64,000 nucleotides of DNA, from NCBI GenBank assembly GCA_964351845.1, contig CAYGQJ010000013.1, positions 7,182 through 71,181 of the forward strand, read 5' to 3'. This DNA comes from an uncultured Flavobacteriaceae bacterium (GTDB lineage Bacteria > Bacteroidota > Bacteroidia > Flavobacteriales > Flavobacteriaceae). The notes under the pieces are model-generated. The model was not told the DNA's origin and did no database searches. It worked only from the letters and a program-made list of their open reading frames with translations. This document shows positions 50,413 to 58,983 of the stretch, piece by piece (position 1 is the stretch's first letter; each line of letters starts with the position of its first letter). Both the position numbers and the translations under genes were made by a program.

Positions 50413-50437
50413 AAAGCAAAGATAGTGAAGATTAATT

Positions 50438-50562
50438 GGGGGCTTCGGTACAATTTCCGCTTACGCGAAAATCACTCAGCCGCCTAGCATTGTATCAAGG
50501 AGAGGACATTGAGTAATTTCAAAATCCTGAAAAAGGATTTTGAAATAGTATCGAAATGCCGG
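50438..50562. repeat. X/Y mosaic unit 3
   Basis: X with an A-like core (50438-50485), Y 50504-50562. Confidence 0.88.
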
Positions 50563-50610
50563 CATCATGGGTCCGCTTTAACGCTTTGCTCTCCCTTTTG
50601 GTCGTGAATC

Positions 50611-51213
50611 TCACAAGCTCGCTTTCGCGAAAGCGGTTTGCATCTCCTTAAATGCTTGCACAGGATCAGCTGCATTCCAAACGCCACCTAAGGCACCCAC
50701 GCCTTGAAAGCCTAGTTTGATCGCTTCTGGGGTAGTTTGTGCGTTGATACCGCCCATGCCTGCAATGAATTTTGGGATGTGACGTACATCAAAACCTCTG
50801 CCTTGCATCTCACTTTTGGAAATCGCTGCAAACACCGGACTTAGCAAATGATAGGCAAAATCAACGGACTGTGCGGCGAGGTCTTCAGGTTCGTGGTAGG
50901 AGCTACTGACCGAAAATTCATTGTCGGTGAAAGATTGAACATAGCTCGCCAACTGATCGCCTTGGGCTCTCCATTTACGTTCTTCCAGATGAATTCCTTT
51001 GATGGGAAACTCGGCCGTGAGTTCGTGATGGAAATTATGCGTCATAATATATTGATAATACTGCGGATCTACTTGATCCAAATAGGCACAGTGCGCTTCT
51101 AGCGTTGCCGCTGGTTTTCTAAAATGAAAATACTGCAAGCCCGCTTCAAAGAGTTGATGCAAGGTTTGAATTTCTGTAGCGCTGGTTTGTTCTGGTGATA
51201 TGAGTAGGATCAT
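50611..51213 (-). CDS. Thiamine phosphate synthase (ThiE/TenI) family protein
   Basis: LFEAGLQYFHFRKP, GIHL, SSSYH, LLSPVFAAISK, AGMGGI, GALGGVW; likelier start MILLISP at 51213. Confidence 0.82.
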   Translation of the reverse strand: MILLISPEQTSATEIQTLHQLFEAGLQYFHFRKPAATLEAHCAYLDQVDPQYYQYIMTHNFHHELTAEFPIKGIHLEERKWRAQGDQLASYVQSFTDNEFSVSSSYHEPEDLAAQSVDFAYHLLSPVFAAISKSEMQGRGFDVRHIPKFIAGMGGINAQTTPEAIKLGFQGVGALGGVWNAADPVQAFKEMQTAFAKASL

Positions 51214-51220
51214 AGTTTTT

Positions 51221-51494
51221 CTTTTCATTCCCTTGAATTTACCTACCGACAGGCAGGGATGGGAATCTCATCATAACGTAAAAGTACGGTTTAATCTACG
51301 TATGAGGAATTTGATTGGTTTTATACCGCTTATGATTCTTTTTAATTCCCGTGAAGACGGGAATCTAATTCTTTTTTTGATTACGTTTCAGAGCTTGAGA
51401 TTCCCGTAGTTATTTACTGATAAGCAGCTAGTAAAATAACATGAGATTCCCGCCGGAGTTTATGCTGAGCATAGTCGAAGTGCGGGAATGAAAG
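51221..51494. repeat. Cluster of family D (ATTCCC-N8-GGGAAT) hairpins, two with nested inserts
   Basis: 51227-51266 (with a 20-nt B insert), 51345-51364 (intact), half copy near 51397, 51446-51489 (with a C insert). Confidence 0.85.
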
Positions 51495-51499
51495 TATTA

Positions 51500-51796
51500 C
51501 TAACTAGAAGCAATCACCTGCTTCAACGCTTCTTTCTGTACCACCCCTGACTGTCGCCAGACTTGTTTTCCGTTTTTGAATAAGATCATGGTGGGGACAC
51601 CACGCACTTGATATTTGGTAGCTAAGGGTTGGTTTTTGTCAACGTCTATTTTGACGATTTTAACGGCATCCCCTAGTTCTTCTTTGACTTGTGTGAGGAT
51701 AGGGCCTAAGGTTTTACACGGCCCACACCAAGTCGCATAAAAGTCGACTAAAACAGGCGTTTCTGAGTTGATGATTTGGGAGAAAGAGGACTTCAT
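51500..51796 (-). CDS. trxA: Thioredoxin
   Basis: VLVDFYATWCGPCK, KIDVDKN, VRGVPT. Confidence 0.95.
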   Translation of the reverse strand: MKSSFSQIINSETPVLVDFYATWCGPCKTLGPILTQVKEELGDAVKIVKIDVDKNQPLATKYQVRGVPTMILFKNGKQVWRQSGVVQKEALKQVIASS

Positions 51797-51852
51797 TTTT
51801 ATTATTTACTATAAAGTTACGAAAAAAAGAAGCTATTGACTGAATCAAACGC

Positions 51853-51972
51853 GGGGCTTCGGTACAATTTTTAGGATTGCTTTCAGCAATTATAAAAATC
51901 ACTCAGCCGCCTTGCATTGTAACACAAAAGGACATTGAGTGACTCGCTGCAAGCGAGGTGTATCGAAATGAC
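51853..51972. repeat. X/Y mosaic unit 4
   Basis: X 51853-51912; Y with a short CTCGC-TGCAA-GCGAG core 51930-51972. Confidence 0.85.
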
Positions 51973-52142
51973 TGGCTCTAGTTTTCATGCTTCGAAAAAC
52001 AGGCTGCTGCAAAGTTTCTATATTGAGATCCCGCTATTCAGCGGGATTAGTTCAACTTACAAGGTTGAGTGCGTCTTTTCAGACTTCTCAACATTGAGTT
52101 TCACTAAAAATAGTATATTCAACATCGAAAATTAGAATCTCT

Positions 52143-52427
52143 ATGTCCAAAGAAAAATCTTGGAAACAACTCATTTTAGACCTCGCCAAGGCGATCTCTG
52201 AAAGCGTAACGGGTGCCTCACGAAAAAGAACTTGGCATCAACATGTGGTGCCGTATGAAGACGGTTGGGCAGTGCGCCGTGAAGGGAATAAACGGATTAC
52301 CTCTAAACATCGCAAACAAAGTACAGCCATTACCAAAGCGAAAGTGATCGCCAAAAGAAAGAAAGCGGATGTCATTATCCATCGAGCGAGTGGTGGGATT
52401 CGAGAGCGGATTGGTTATGGGGATTGA
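52143..52427 (+). CDS. DUF2188 domain-containing protein
   Basis: QHVVPYEDGWAVRREGNKR.....KQSTAI..AK.IAK.....V.IH...G.IRER..YG. Confidence 0.88.
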   Translation: MSKEKSWKQLILDLAKAISESVTGASRKRTWHQHVVPYEDGWAVRREGNKRITSKHRKQSTAITKAKVIAKRKKADVIIHRASGGIRERIGYGD

Positions 52428-52527
52428 GATGAGGGTTGTTTTTACGCTATTTTTTTAATGTGCTTCTACTGGGTTAGTCGTTTTTTGAAAGCTTCTTGTT
52501 GTTAGATATAAAAAATTAACTGAGGCT

Positions 52528-52577
52528 AGGCGTTTCTGATTTGATGATTTGGGAGAAAGAGGATTTCATTTTTTATT
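52528..52577 (-). pseudogene. Truncated duplicate of the trxA 5' end
   Basis: About 50-bp near-identical copy of 51755-51803; reads MKSSFSQIIKSETPSLS*. Confidence 0.75.
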
Positions 52578-52669
52578 GAATTTAGGGGGTAAATCTTACA
52601 TCGTGAAGATACACTTTTTTGCAAAGAATAGGCGTACAGGTTTCCGCAAAGGAGTTGCTGTGTAAGTGA

Positions 52670-53098
52670 TTACAGCAATTCTTCTTTACACATCAAACCT
52701 GGCATTTGTATTTTTTCTCCTTTAATAGTCGCAGAAGCGATGATATGCGCACAACTGTCTTTTATTTTCAGAATTTCTACATAGACAACCGTTTCTTTCA
52801 CAGACTCAATATCTACAAATTCTGGATCATTATAGCTAGACACATAATGCAACTCATAACTGCAATCACTCGTCCAGATAATGCTAACAATGACCTCAGA
52901 GACATTTCCATTAATGTCTACAATTTCTCGTTGCTCATCGCCTTGGCGTATAATCAAGGTTTCAAAAGATACATATTCATTCATAGGAACGACAAAGGAG
53001 CCTTCTTTAAAATCGGCGCAGGTCAATGCCTCTTGTGCCTGTAGGGCACTGACGACAAATAGCGTCATACAAAAACTAAAAAGGGTCTTCATTATCAT
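52670..53098 (-). CDS. Secreted hypothetical protein
   Basis: Signal peptide, C.DFKEGSF, I.WTSDCSYEL. Confidence 0.7.
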   Translation of the reverse strand: MIMKTLFSFCMTLFVVSALQAQEALTCADFKEGSFVVPMNEYVSFETLIIRQGDEQREIVDINGNVSEVIVSIIWTSDCSYELHYVSSYNDPEFVDIESVKETVVYVEILKIKDSCAHIIASATIKGEKIQMPGLMCKEELL

Positions 53099-53192
53099 TT
53101 TTTTTGTGAAGATACGAGAATTTGAAACTCTTGTGTCACAACATCGTCAAGTGCAATGACATCTCGTTTTTGTGTATGAGTGACAAAGACAT

Positions 53193-53474
53193 CCGGCATT
53201 TCGGTACAATTTATAAAGTGCTTTCAGCACTTTATAAATCACTCAATGTCCTAGCAGTGTTACAATGTAACAAACACACCCCTTAATCCCCTACTTCGAC
53301 AAGCTCAGCACAGCGTCTTTCTAGAGGGGAAACTCATACTTTAAATGTTTTAAAACTAAATGTAAGGTGGCTGAGTGATTTCGAAGCATGAGAAATAGTA
53401 TCGAAGCCACCGAGTCAAGAACTCAATGTAAGGTGGCTGCCTGTTTTGCTGAAAGCAAAAGGTACCGAAGCCCC
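53193..53474. repeat. Mosaic unit 5: inverted Y, an F hairpin with a C insert, two inverted X copies
   Basis: Y 53193-53251; CCCCT|24 nt|CTTTCTAGAGGGG 53288-53329; X 53365-53410 and 53430-53474. Confidence 0.85.
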
Positions 53475-53625
53475 AGTTTGGATGTTAAAAATCAGGCCTA
53501 TTGTTGCAAAAAGAATCATTTTACTATCAATTTTACGGTATCCCCACATATTATACATAATAATGGGCAGTCACGGTATCTAGTTAGAGATAAAATAGTT
53601 ATATTTCCGTTCCCAAATTAGCCTG

Positions 53626-55857
53626 ATGCTTAAGACCGTCAAAACCCTACTCTTTTTTTTATGTATGTGCTACAGTTCTTTGGCAGCACAAGACTTACAG
53701 CAATATGAAAATTCGAGAGAGATTCCCTATACGTATACAAATGCTCAAATAGATTCTATTACCAATATTTTACGAGCTTATTTTTACGAAGCTAGCTATG
53801 ATAAAGTGATTGAGGAATCACCAACGCTTATTGACAACGCTCGGGATATTAATTATAAGATGGGGGAAAGAAGCTTGATCTCTATCCTTGGAAATGCCTT
53901 TGCTAAACTAGATGATATCGACAAAGCGAGTACGCTTTTTAATAAGGCACTTACGAAAGCTCAAAAGGAAAAAGATCTCCTTTCTTTAGCAACACACTAT
54001 AACAATCTCGGAAATACCTACATCAAAGAAGACCCTCAAAAAGCCATTTCTTATTTTGAAAATGCTTATGAGGCTGGAAAACAGCTAAAAAGCGACCGTA
54101 TTGCATTTATTGCACTCAACAACCTTTCAGAACTATATGTAGGGACTAAAGATCCACAAAACGCACAATATTATGTAGATAAAGCCCTGCCATTGTTATT
54201 GAATAGTGAGACCATCGATGAGGCTTTTAAAGAGGAATACATCGCAACTGTGTATCATGTGCAGGGAGCTATCTTTTTATTAAAAGGAAAAAACGACCAG
54301 GCCATTGCGTATATCTTAAAATCTATGGAGATAGGAAAAGGTGGTAAGTACCAAGAAGAAACACTCCTCGATAATTTTACGAATTTAATAGACGCCTACG
54401 ATAACACGGGGCAATATGAAAAATTAAATGTCGTTAGAAAGCGATATGACTCCTTACGAAATAAACGCTACGAAGCCGATAAAATTTTACAACAACAAAT
54501 TGCTCGCTTTAAGTTCAGCTTAGATCAATATGAACAAGAACTAAAAGCGTCCGAACTCGAAAGGTTACTGGCGCAACAAAAAGCATCAAAAAGTAAATTA
54601 CTTTCGACTTTCTCCTTAACCTTGGGAGGAATTTTATTATTAATTCTTGCGCTCTTACTCTACGTGAGGCGTAAGCGTTTTAAACTACTTAAAGATTTAA
54701 AAGCAAAAAACGCACAATACTTAGAAGCTAAAGAAAAATCAGAACGACTAACACAAGCAAAAACACAACTGTTTTCAACCATTAGTCACGAGCTACGTAC
54801 GCCGTTATACGGCATTATCGGACTCTCTTCTATATTACTGAAAGATCCTAAATTCCAAAATAACTTAGAAGATCTTACCTCTCTCAAATTTTCTGCTGAT
54901 TATTTATTAGCCCTCGTCAATGATGTCTTAAACTTAAATAAACTAGATTCTCAAACAGGGCAACATATTCAAAATAGCAATTTTAAATTAGAGTCCCTTA
55001 TTCATAACATCACCCAATCATTTGAGTTTATTAATCAGCAAAATAATAATGTCGTTTATATTGATATCGACCCTACCATTCCTAAAATTCTGCTTGGGGA
55101 TCAAACAAAAGTCTCTCAGGTGTTAATGAACTTAGTGAGTAATGCCAGCAAGTTTACACAAGAGGGACGCATTGATATTATTGTAAAAACACACTATGCC
55201 GACGATAAAAAAGTCTCTTTGTCTTTCTCTATCATGGATAACGGCATTGGGATTCCTGAAGAACAAAAAGAAAAAATCTTTGAAGAGTTTACCCAAGGTG
55301 CCAATTATAGTGAGTATGAAGGCACGGGACTCGGACTTCCTATTGTCAATAAAATCTTAGCCATTTTAGGCAGCAAACTCATGTTTGAAAGCACCTATGG
55401 TAAAGGAACGACCTTCTCTTGTATCTTGACTTTTTCTAGGGGCGCTGCTGATATGCTAGAAAACACTGAAAGAGAAGATGTATGTGTCAAAAAATTACAA
55501 GACAAAAAAATCTTGATTGTTGACGATAATAAAATCAATCAATTGGTTACTCAAAAAGTACTGGAACAACACGGGATGCTACACGGTGTTGCCAATAATG
55601 GATTGGATGCTTTAGAAAAAGTAAAAGAGCACGCTTTTGATGCCATTTTGATGGATGTAAATATGCCCGTCATGAATGGTCTTGACTCTAGTAGAGCTAT
55701 GCGAGATTTTGGCTTAAACACCCCTATCATTGCCTTAACCGCTGTAAATGCTGTAAATCCAGAGAAAGATTTTGGCACCTATGGGATTGATGATGCCATT
55801 GTAAAACCATATCGAACAGAACAATTATTAGAACTGCTGGTAAAGTACATTTACTAA
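53626..55857 (+). CDS. Hybrid sensor histidine kinase/response regulator with periplasmic TPR domain
   Basis: Signal peptide, TPRs, TM helix, ISHELRTPL, QVLMNLVSNASKFT, DNGIGI, GTGLGL, receiver ILIVDD...ILMD..MP...DGL. Confidence 0.93.
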   Translation: MLKTVKTLLFFLCMCYSSLAAQDLQQYENSREIPYTYTNAQIDSITNILRAYFYEASYDKVIEESPTLIDNARDINYKMGERSLISILGNAFAKLDDIDKASTLFNKALTKAQKEKDLLSLATHYNNLGNTYIKEDPQKAISYFENAYEAGKQLKSDRIAFIALNNLSELYVGTKDPQNAQYYVDKALPLLLNSETIDEAFKEEYIATVYHVQGAIFLLKGKNDQAIAYILKSMEIGKGGKYQEETLLDNFTNLIDAYDNTGQYEKLNVVRKRYDSLRNKRYEADKILQQQIARFKFSLDQYEQELKASELERLLAQQKASKSKLLSTFSLTLGGILLLILALLLYVRRKRFKLLKDLKAKNAQYLEAKEKSERLTQAKTQLFSTISHELRTPLYGIIGLSSILLKDPKFQNNLEDLTSLKFSADYLLALVNDVLNLNKLDSQTGQHIQNSNFKLESLIHNITQSFEFINQQNNNVVYIDIDPTIPKILLGDQTKVSQVLMNLVSNASKFTQEGRIDIIVKTHYADDKKVSLSFSIMDNGIGIPEEQKEKIFEEFTQGANYSEYEGTGLGLPIVNKILAILGSKLMFESTYGKGTTFSCILTFSRGAADMLENTEREDVCVKKLQDKKILIVDDNKINQLVTQKVLEQHGMLHGVANNGLDALEKVKEHAFDAILMDVNMPVMNGLDSSRAMRDFGLNTPIIALTAVNAVNPEKDFGTYGIDDAIVKPYRTEQLLELLVKYIY

Positions 55858-55886
55858 AAGGAAGGGATTAAAATTATTTCTTTTTA

Positions 55887-55921
55887 CGCTCCTTACTTAT
55901 CGGCTGCGGGTTCGCGAAAGC
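55887..55921. repeat. Palindrome A split by a degenerate 20-nt insert at the B site
   Basis: CGCT|CCTTACTTATCGGCTGCGGG|TTCGCGAAAGC. Confidence 0.75.
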
Positions 55922-55967
55922 ATACACATCTGCACAATACATCTTCCTAATTCTAAAAACACGATTT

Positions 55968-56747
55968 CTAATACCCTTTTTTTTCGATCTCCTTTACGAG
56001 GTCAAGCAAGATGAATACATCTACCAATTTTTGGGATCCTGTGGTTTTCACAAAAAACTGATGAGGTAAGATTTCTACTTCTACTCCTCGAATTTTAGCT
56101 ACTAGATGCATGATGTTTTCTACAGCTCTCGTTGTTTTTGAGTTTTGAATAGAAAAACATTCATAATTCGCTACTTGAATAGCATCATCTGGTCTGATTT
56201 TGTCTAAAATCCGATCTGAAGTCGTTTTTTCTTTGAAAACATAATGCCCCGAACTGTACTGAATAGGAATGGATACGGCTAGCTCATAGGCATTATGAAT
56301 CGTCAGAATGACAGCAACCCTCTTTCCGCTCTCAAAAAAATAGCGATACCCCCAATTTTCGTCCAATTCATCTAATAGTTGGAGGCGCTCAAAAACTTTA
56401 AATTGTTCTTCAGACAACGGACTTTTTGCTTTTACAAAACCTTCTTTTAGGAACTCCTTTCGTATAGATTCTGCGACGAGGTCTTCTCCAAAAAATTGTT
56501 CTTTTTTTTCCGTTTCACTCATTTTTTTGGAAGCATCGTCCAAGTCCCAAATACCAGACTCTGCTTCTTCTAAGGTAATGTATGTATCGGTTTCTGGGTC
56601 ATATATTCTAGTGTCTTCTAATCGCTTTTTCAGCAATGCTTCGTCTTCTTTTTCTTCTTTATATATCGGTTTATTTCCTATCGATACGACAAAAAAGAAA
56701 ATCCCTATAAAAGCTGCGATAATCAATAAACCTCCTAAAATCTCCAT
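55968..56747 (-). CDS. Hypothetical protein with an N-terminal membrane anchor
   Basis: 259-aa ORF, hydrophobic N-terminus, IYDPET...ITLEEAESG.W motif. Confidence 0.65.
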   Translation of the reverse strand: MEILGGLLIIAAFIGIFFFVVSIGNKPIYKEEKEDEALLKKRLEDTRIYDPETDTYITLEEAESGIWDLDDASKKMSETEKKEQFFGEDLVAESIRKEFLKEGFVKAKSPLSEEQFKVFERLQLLDELDENWGYRYFFESGKRVAVILTIHNAYELAVSIPIQYSSGHYVFKEKTTSDRILDKIRPDDAIQVANYECFSIQNSKTTRAVENIMHLVAKIRGVEVEILPHQFFVKTTGSQKLVDVFILLDLVKEIEKKGY

Positions 56748-56756
56748 CTATAAAAA

Positions 56757-58481
56757 TTAATGTCCACTTGCTTCTCCAGCACCGCTTGGAATTCTAATGG
56801 TTTCTACGATTTCTTGTACCTCGGCTGGTGGCGATGGTGTAAAACGATGTACGATAAGAGCAACCACAAAATTAACGGCCATGGCAACGCTTCCAAAGCC
56901 TTCTGGGGAAATCCCAAACCACCAATCCTTTTGAAGGCCTGCAACGGCTTCTTTACCTCCATCAAAAACCCCAAACTTAAACTTAAGTATGTAAAAAATC
57001 ATGAGTGTAATCCCGACAATCATCCCTGTGACTGCCCCTTCTTTATTCATTTTTTTATAAAAAATTCCTAATACAATGGCGGGAAAGAAAGAGGCGGCGG
57101 CAAGGCCAAAAGCCAATGCTACGACTGCGGCGACAAATCCTGGCGGATCAATCCCAAAGTAGCCTGCAATGACCACCGCTACGGTAGCTGCGCCACGGGC
57201 AATCCATAATTCTTGTTTGTCGGTAATATCAGGTTTAAAGGTTTTTTTGACAAGGTCATGCGATACCGATGATGAGATCACCAGTAATAATCCTGCAGCG
57301 GTTGATAATGCGGCGGCAAGTCCGCCAGCGGCGACTAAGGCAATGACCCAGGCAGGAAGGTTGGCGATTTCAGGATTTGCCAGCACCATAATGTCGCGAT
57401 CTACGGTGAGTTCATTAGCAGGGTGTCCATTTTCCGCTTTCGCGAAAGCGGTATACTGCACCTTTCCATCTCCATTTTTATCTTCAAAAGTAATTAAGCC
57501 TGTCGTTTCCCATTTGGTGAACCATTCGGGCATTTCTGAATAGGGTTGATCACTTACGGTGGTGATCATATTAGTACGCGCAAACACTGCTACGGCAGGG
57601 GCTGTCGTGTATAAAACAGCAATCAACAACAAGGCAATTCCCGCCGATTTACGTGCATCTCTTACGCGTTTTACCGTAAAAAATCGAACGATCACATGGG
57701 GTAATCCTGCCGTTCCTACCATCAATGCTAGGGTGATCATAAACACATCTATCTTTGACTTAGAACCGCTCGTATAGTCAGCAAAACCAAGGTCTTGTGA
57801 GAGGCCATTGAGCTTGTCTAAAAGGTAGGTGCCATCTTCTACGGTACTTCCCATCCCTAGCTGCGGAATCGGATTTCCCGTCATCTGAATGGATATAAAA
57901 ATAGCCGGTACCATAAAGGCAAAAATAAGCACGCAGTATTGTGCAACTTGGGTATAGGTAATGCCTTTCATACCGCCTAATACGGCATAAAACAGCACGA
58001 TAATCATTCCGATGATCACTCCTGTATTGATATCAACTTCTAAAAAGCGTGAGAATACGAGACCCACGCCTCGCATCTGCCCAGCGACATAGGTAAACGA
58101 CACCAACAATGCACAGCATACAGCCACAATTCTTGCCGTTTTTGAGTAATACCGATCGCCTATAAAATCAGGGACGGTAAACTTACCGAACTTCCTGAGA
58201 TAGGGCGCTAATAATAAAGCGAGAAGCACATAGCCTCCAGTCCATCCCATGAGATACACAGAGCCATCATAGCCTCCAAAAGAGATAATCCCTGCCATGG
58301 AGATAAAGGAAGCGGCACTCATCCAATCGGCAGCGGTAGCCATGCCATTTGCCCAAGGAGAAACGCCTCCGCCGGCGACATAAAATTCTTTGGTGGATCC
58401 AGCGCGGGACCAAATGGCAATACCAATATAAAGGGCAAAGGTGATGCCTACGAGTATGTATGTCCAAGTTTGTACAGTCAT
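56757..58481 (-). CDS. Sodium:solute symporter (ActP-like monocarboxylate permease)
   Basis: ANGMATAADWMSAASF, GWTGGY, FTVPDFIGDRY, GTAGLPHVIVRFFTV, AAALSTAAGLL. Confidence 0.93.
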   Translation of the reverse strand: MTVQTWTYILVGITFALYIGIAIWSRAGSTKEFYVAGGGVSPWANGMATAADWMSAASFISMAGIISFGGYDGSVYLMGWTGGYVLLALLLAPYLRKFGKFTVPDFIGDRYYSKTARIVAVCCALLVSFTYVAGQMRGVGLVFSRFLEVDINTGVIIGMIIVLFYAVLGGMKGITYTQVAQYCVLIFAFMVPAIFISIQMTGNPIPQLGMGSTVEDGTYLLDKLNGLSQDLGFADYTSGSKSKIDVFMITLALMVGTAGLPHVIVRFFTVKRVRDARKSAGIALLLIAVLYTTAPAVAVFARTNMITTVSDQPYSEMPEWFTKWETTGLITFEDKNGDGKVQYTAFAKAENGHPANELTVDRDIMVLANPEIANLPAWVIALVAAGGLAAALSTAAGLLLVISSSVSHDLVKKTFKPDITDKQELWIARGAATVAVVIAGYFGIDPPGFVAAVVALAFGLAAASFFPAIVLGIFYKKMNKEGAVTGMIVGITLMIFYILKFKFGVFDGGKEAVAGLQKDWWFGISPEGFGSVAMAVNFVVALIVHRFTPSPPAEVQEIVETIRIPSGAGEASGH

Positions 58482-58530
58482 AAAAAAGGGATTTGGTATT
58501 GGGGATTAGGAATTAGTATGCTATTATTTT

Positions 58531-58580
58531 GCTTTCGCGAAAGCCCTCTCTGCCCTTTGGGCATCTCTCCCAGAGGGAAA
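58531..58580. repeat. Palindrome A abutting a family F-like element
   Basis: GCTTTCGCGAAAGC followed by CCTCTC-TGCCCTTTGGGCA-TCTCTCCCAGAGGGA. Confidence 0.7.
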
Positions 58581-58608
58581 GAACTTTCTCAATATGACAA
58601 CAATCAAT

Positions 58609-58878
58609 TTAGGTATCATACCCATGTTTTTTGTCCAGTCGATTCATTAACCAGACATAAACAAAAATGAGAATAACAAATACATAAATAGATCCTTGTT
58701 GTGCAAACCAAAATCCAAGGGGAAATCCTCCTAGTTTTATGGTGTCTAAGGTGTCTTTAAAAAGAATCCCTGCGCCATAAGAAACGGCAAACCAAATCAA
58801 CAACAGTAGCAACAAATACTGTAAATTTTTCTTCCAATAGGATTGTGGGGTGTTCTGTGATGGTTTCATACAATGCAT
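58609..58878 (-). CDS. DUF4212 small membrane subunit of the symporter
   Basis: YWKKNL..LL.LL.IWF.VSY...LGGFPLGFWFAQQGSIYVFV. Confidence 0.9.
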   Translation of the reverse strand: MHCMKPSQNTPQSYWKKNLQYLLLLLLIWFAVSYGAGILFKDTLDTIKLGGFPLGFWFAQQGSIYVFVILIFVYVWLMNRLDKKHGYDT

Positions 58879-58983
58879 ACGATGTTAGACTTCGTAAATT
58901 AGTAAATTTAATCGGAATCTACATAGTTGGTTATTTTACTCCGCCATCTATTGAATCATACAGGGGAAGGAAATCATAAGCGA

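Noticed and set aside
51214-51499. TPP riboswitch upstream of the ThiE-like gene
   Set aside because: I could not find the TPP aptamer core on the minus strand, and the structure here is explained by D, B and C repeats.
48225-53474. X/Y repeats as a CRISPR array
   Set aside because: The units are inverted pairs dispersed between ordinary genes, spacing is irregular, the variable parts are self-complementary rather than unique spacers, and there are no cas genes in the window.
50266-53621. ORF-track entries 50266-50487, 51200-51409, 51935-52135 and 53388-53621
   Set aside because: They run through repeat elements or antisense to better-supported genes and have no protein-like features.
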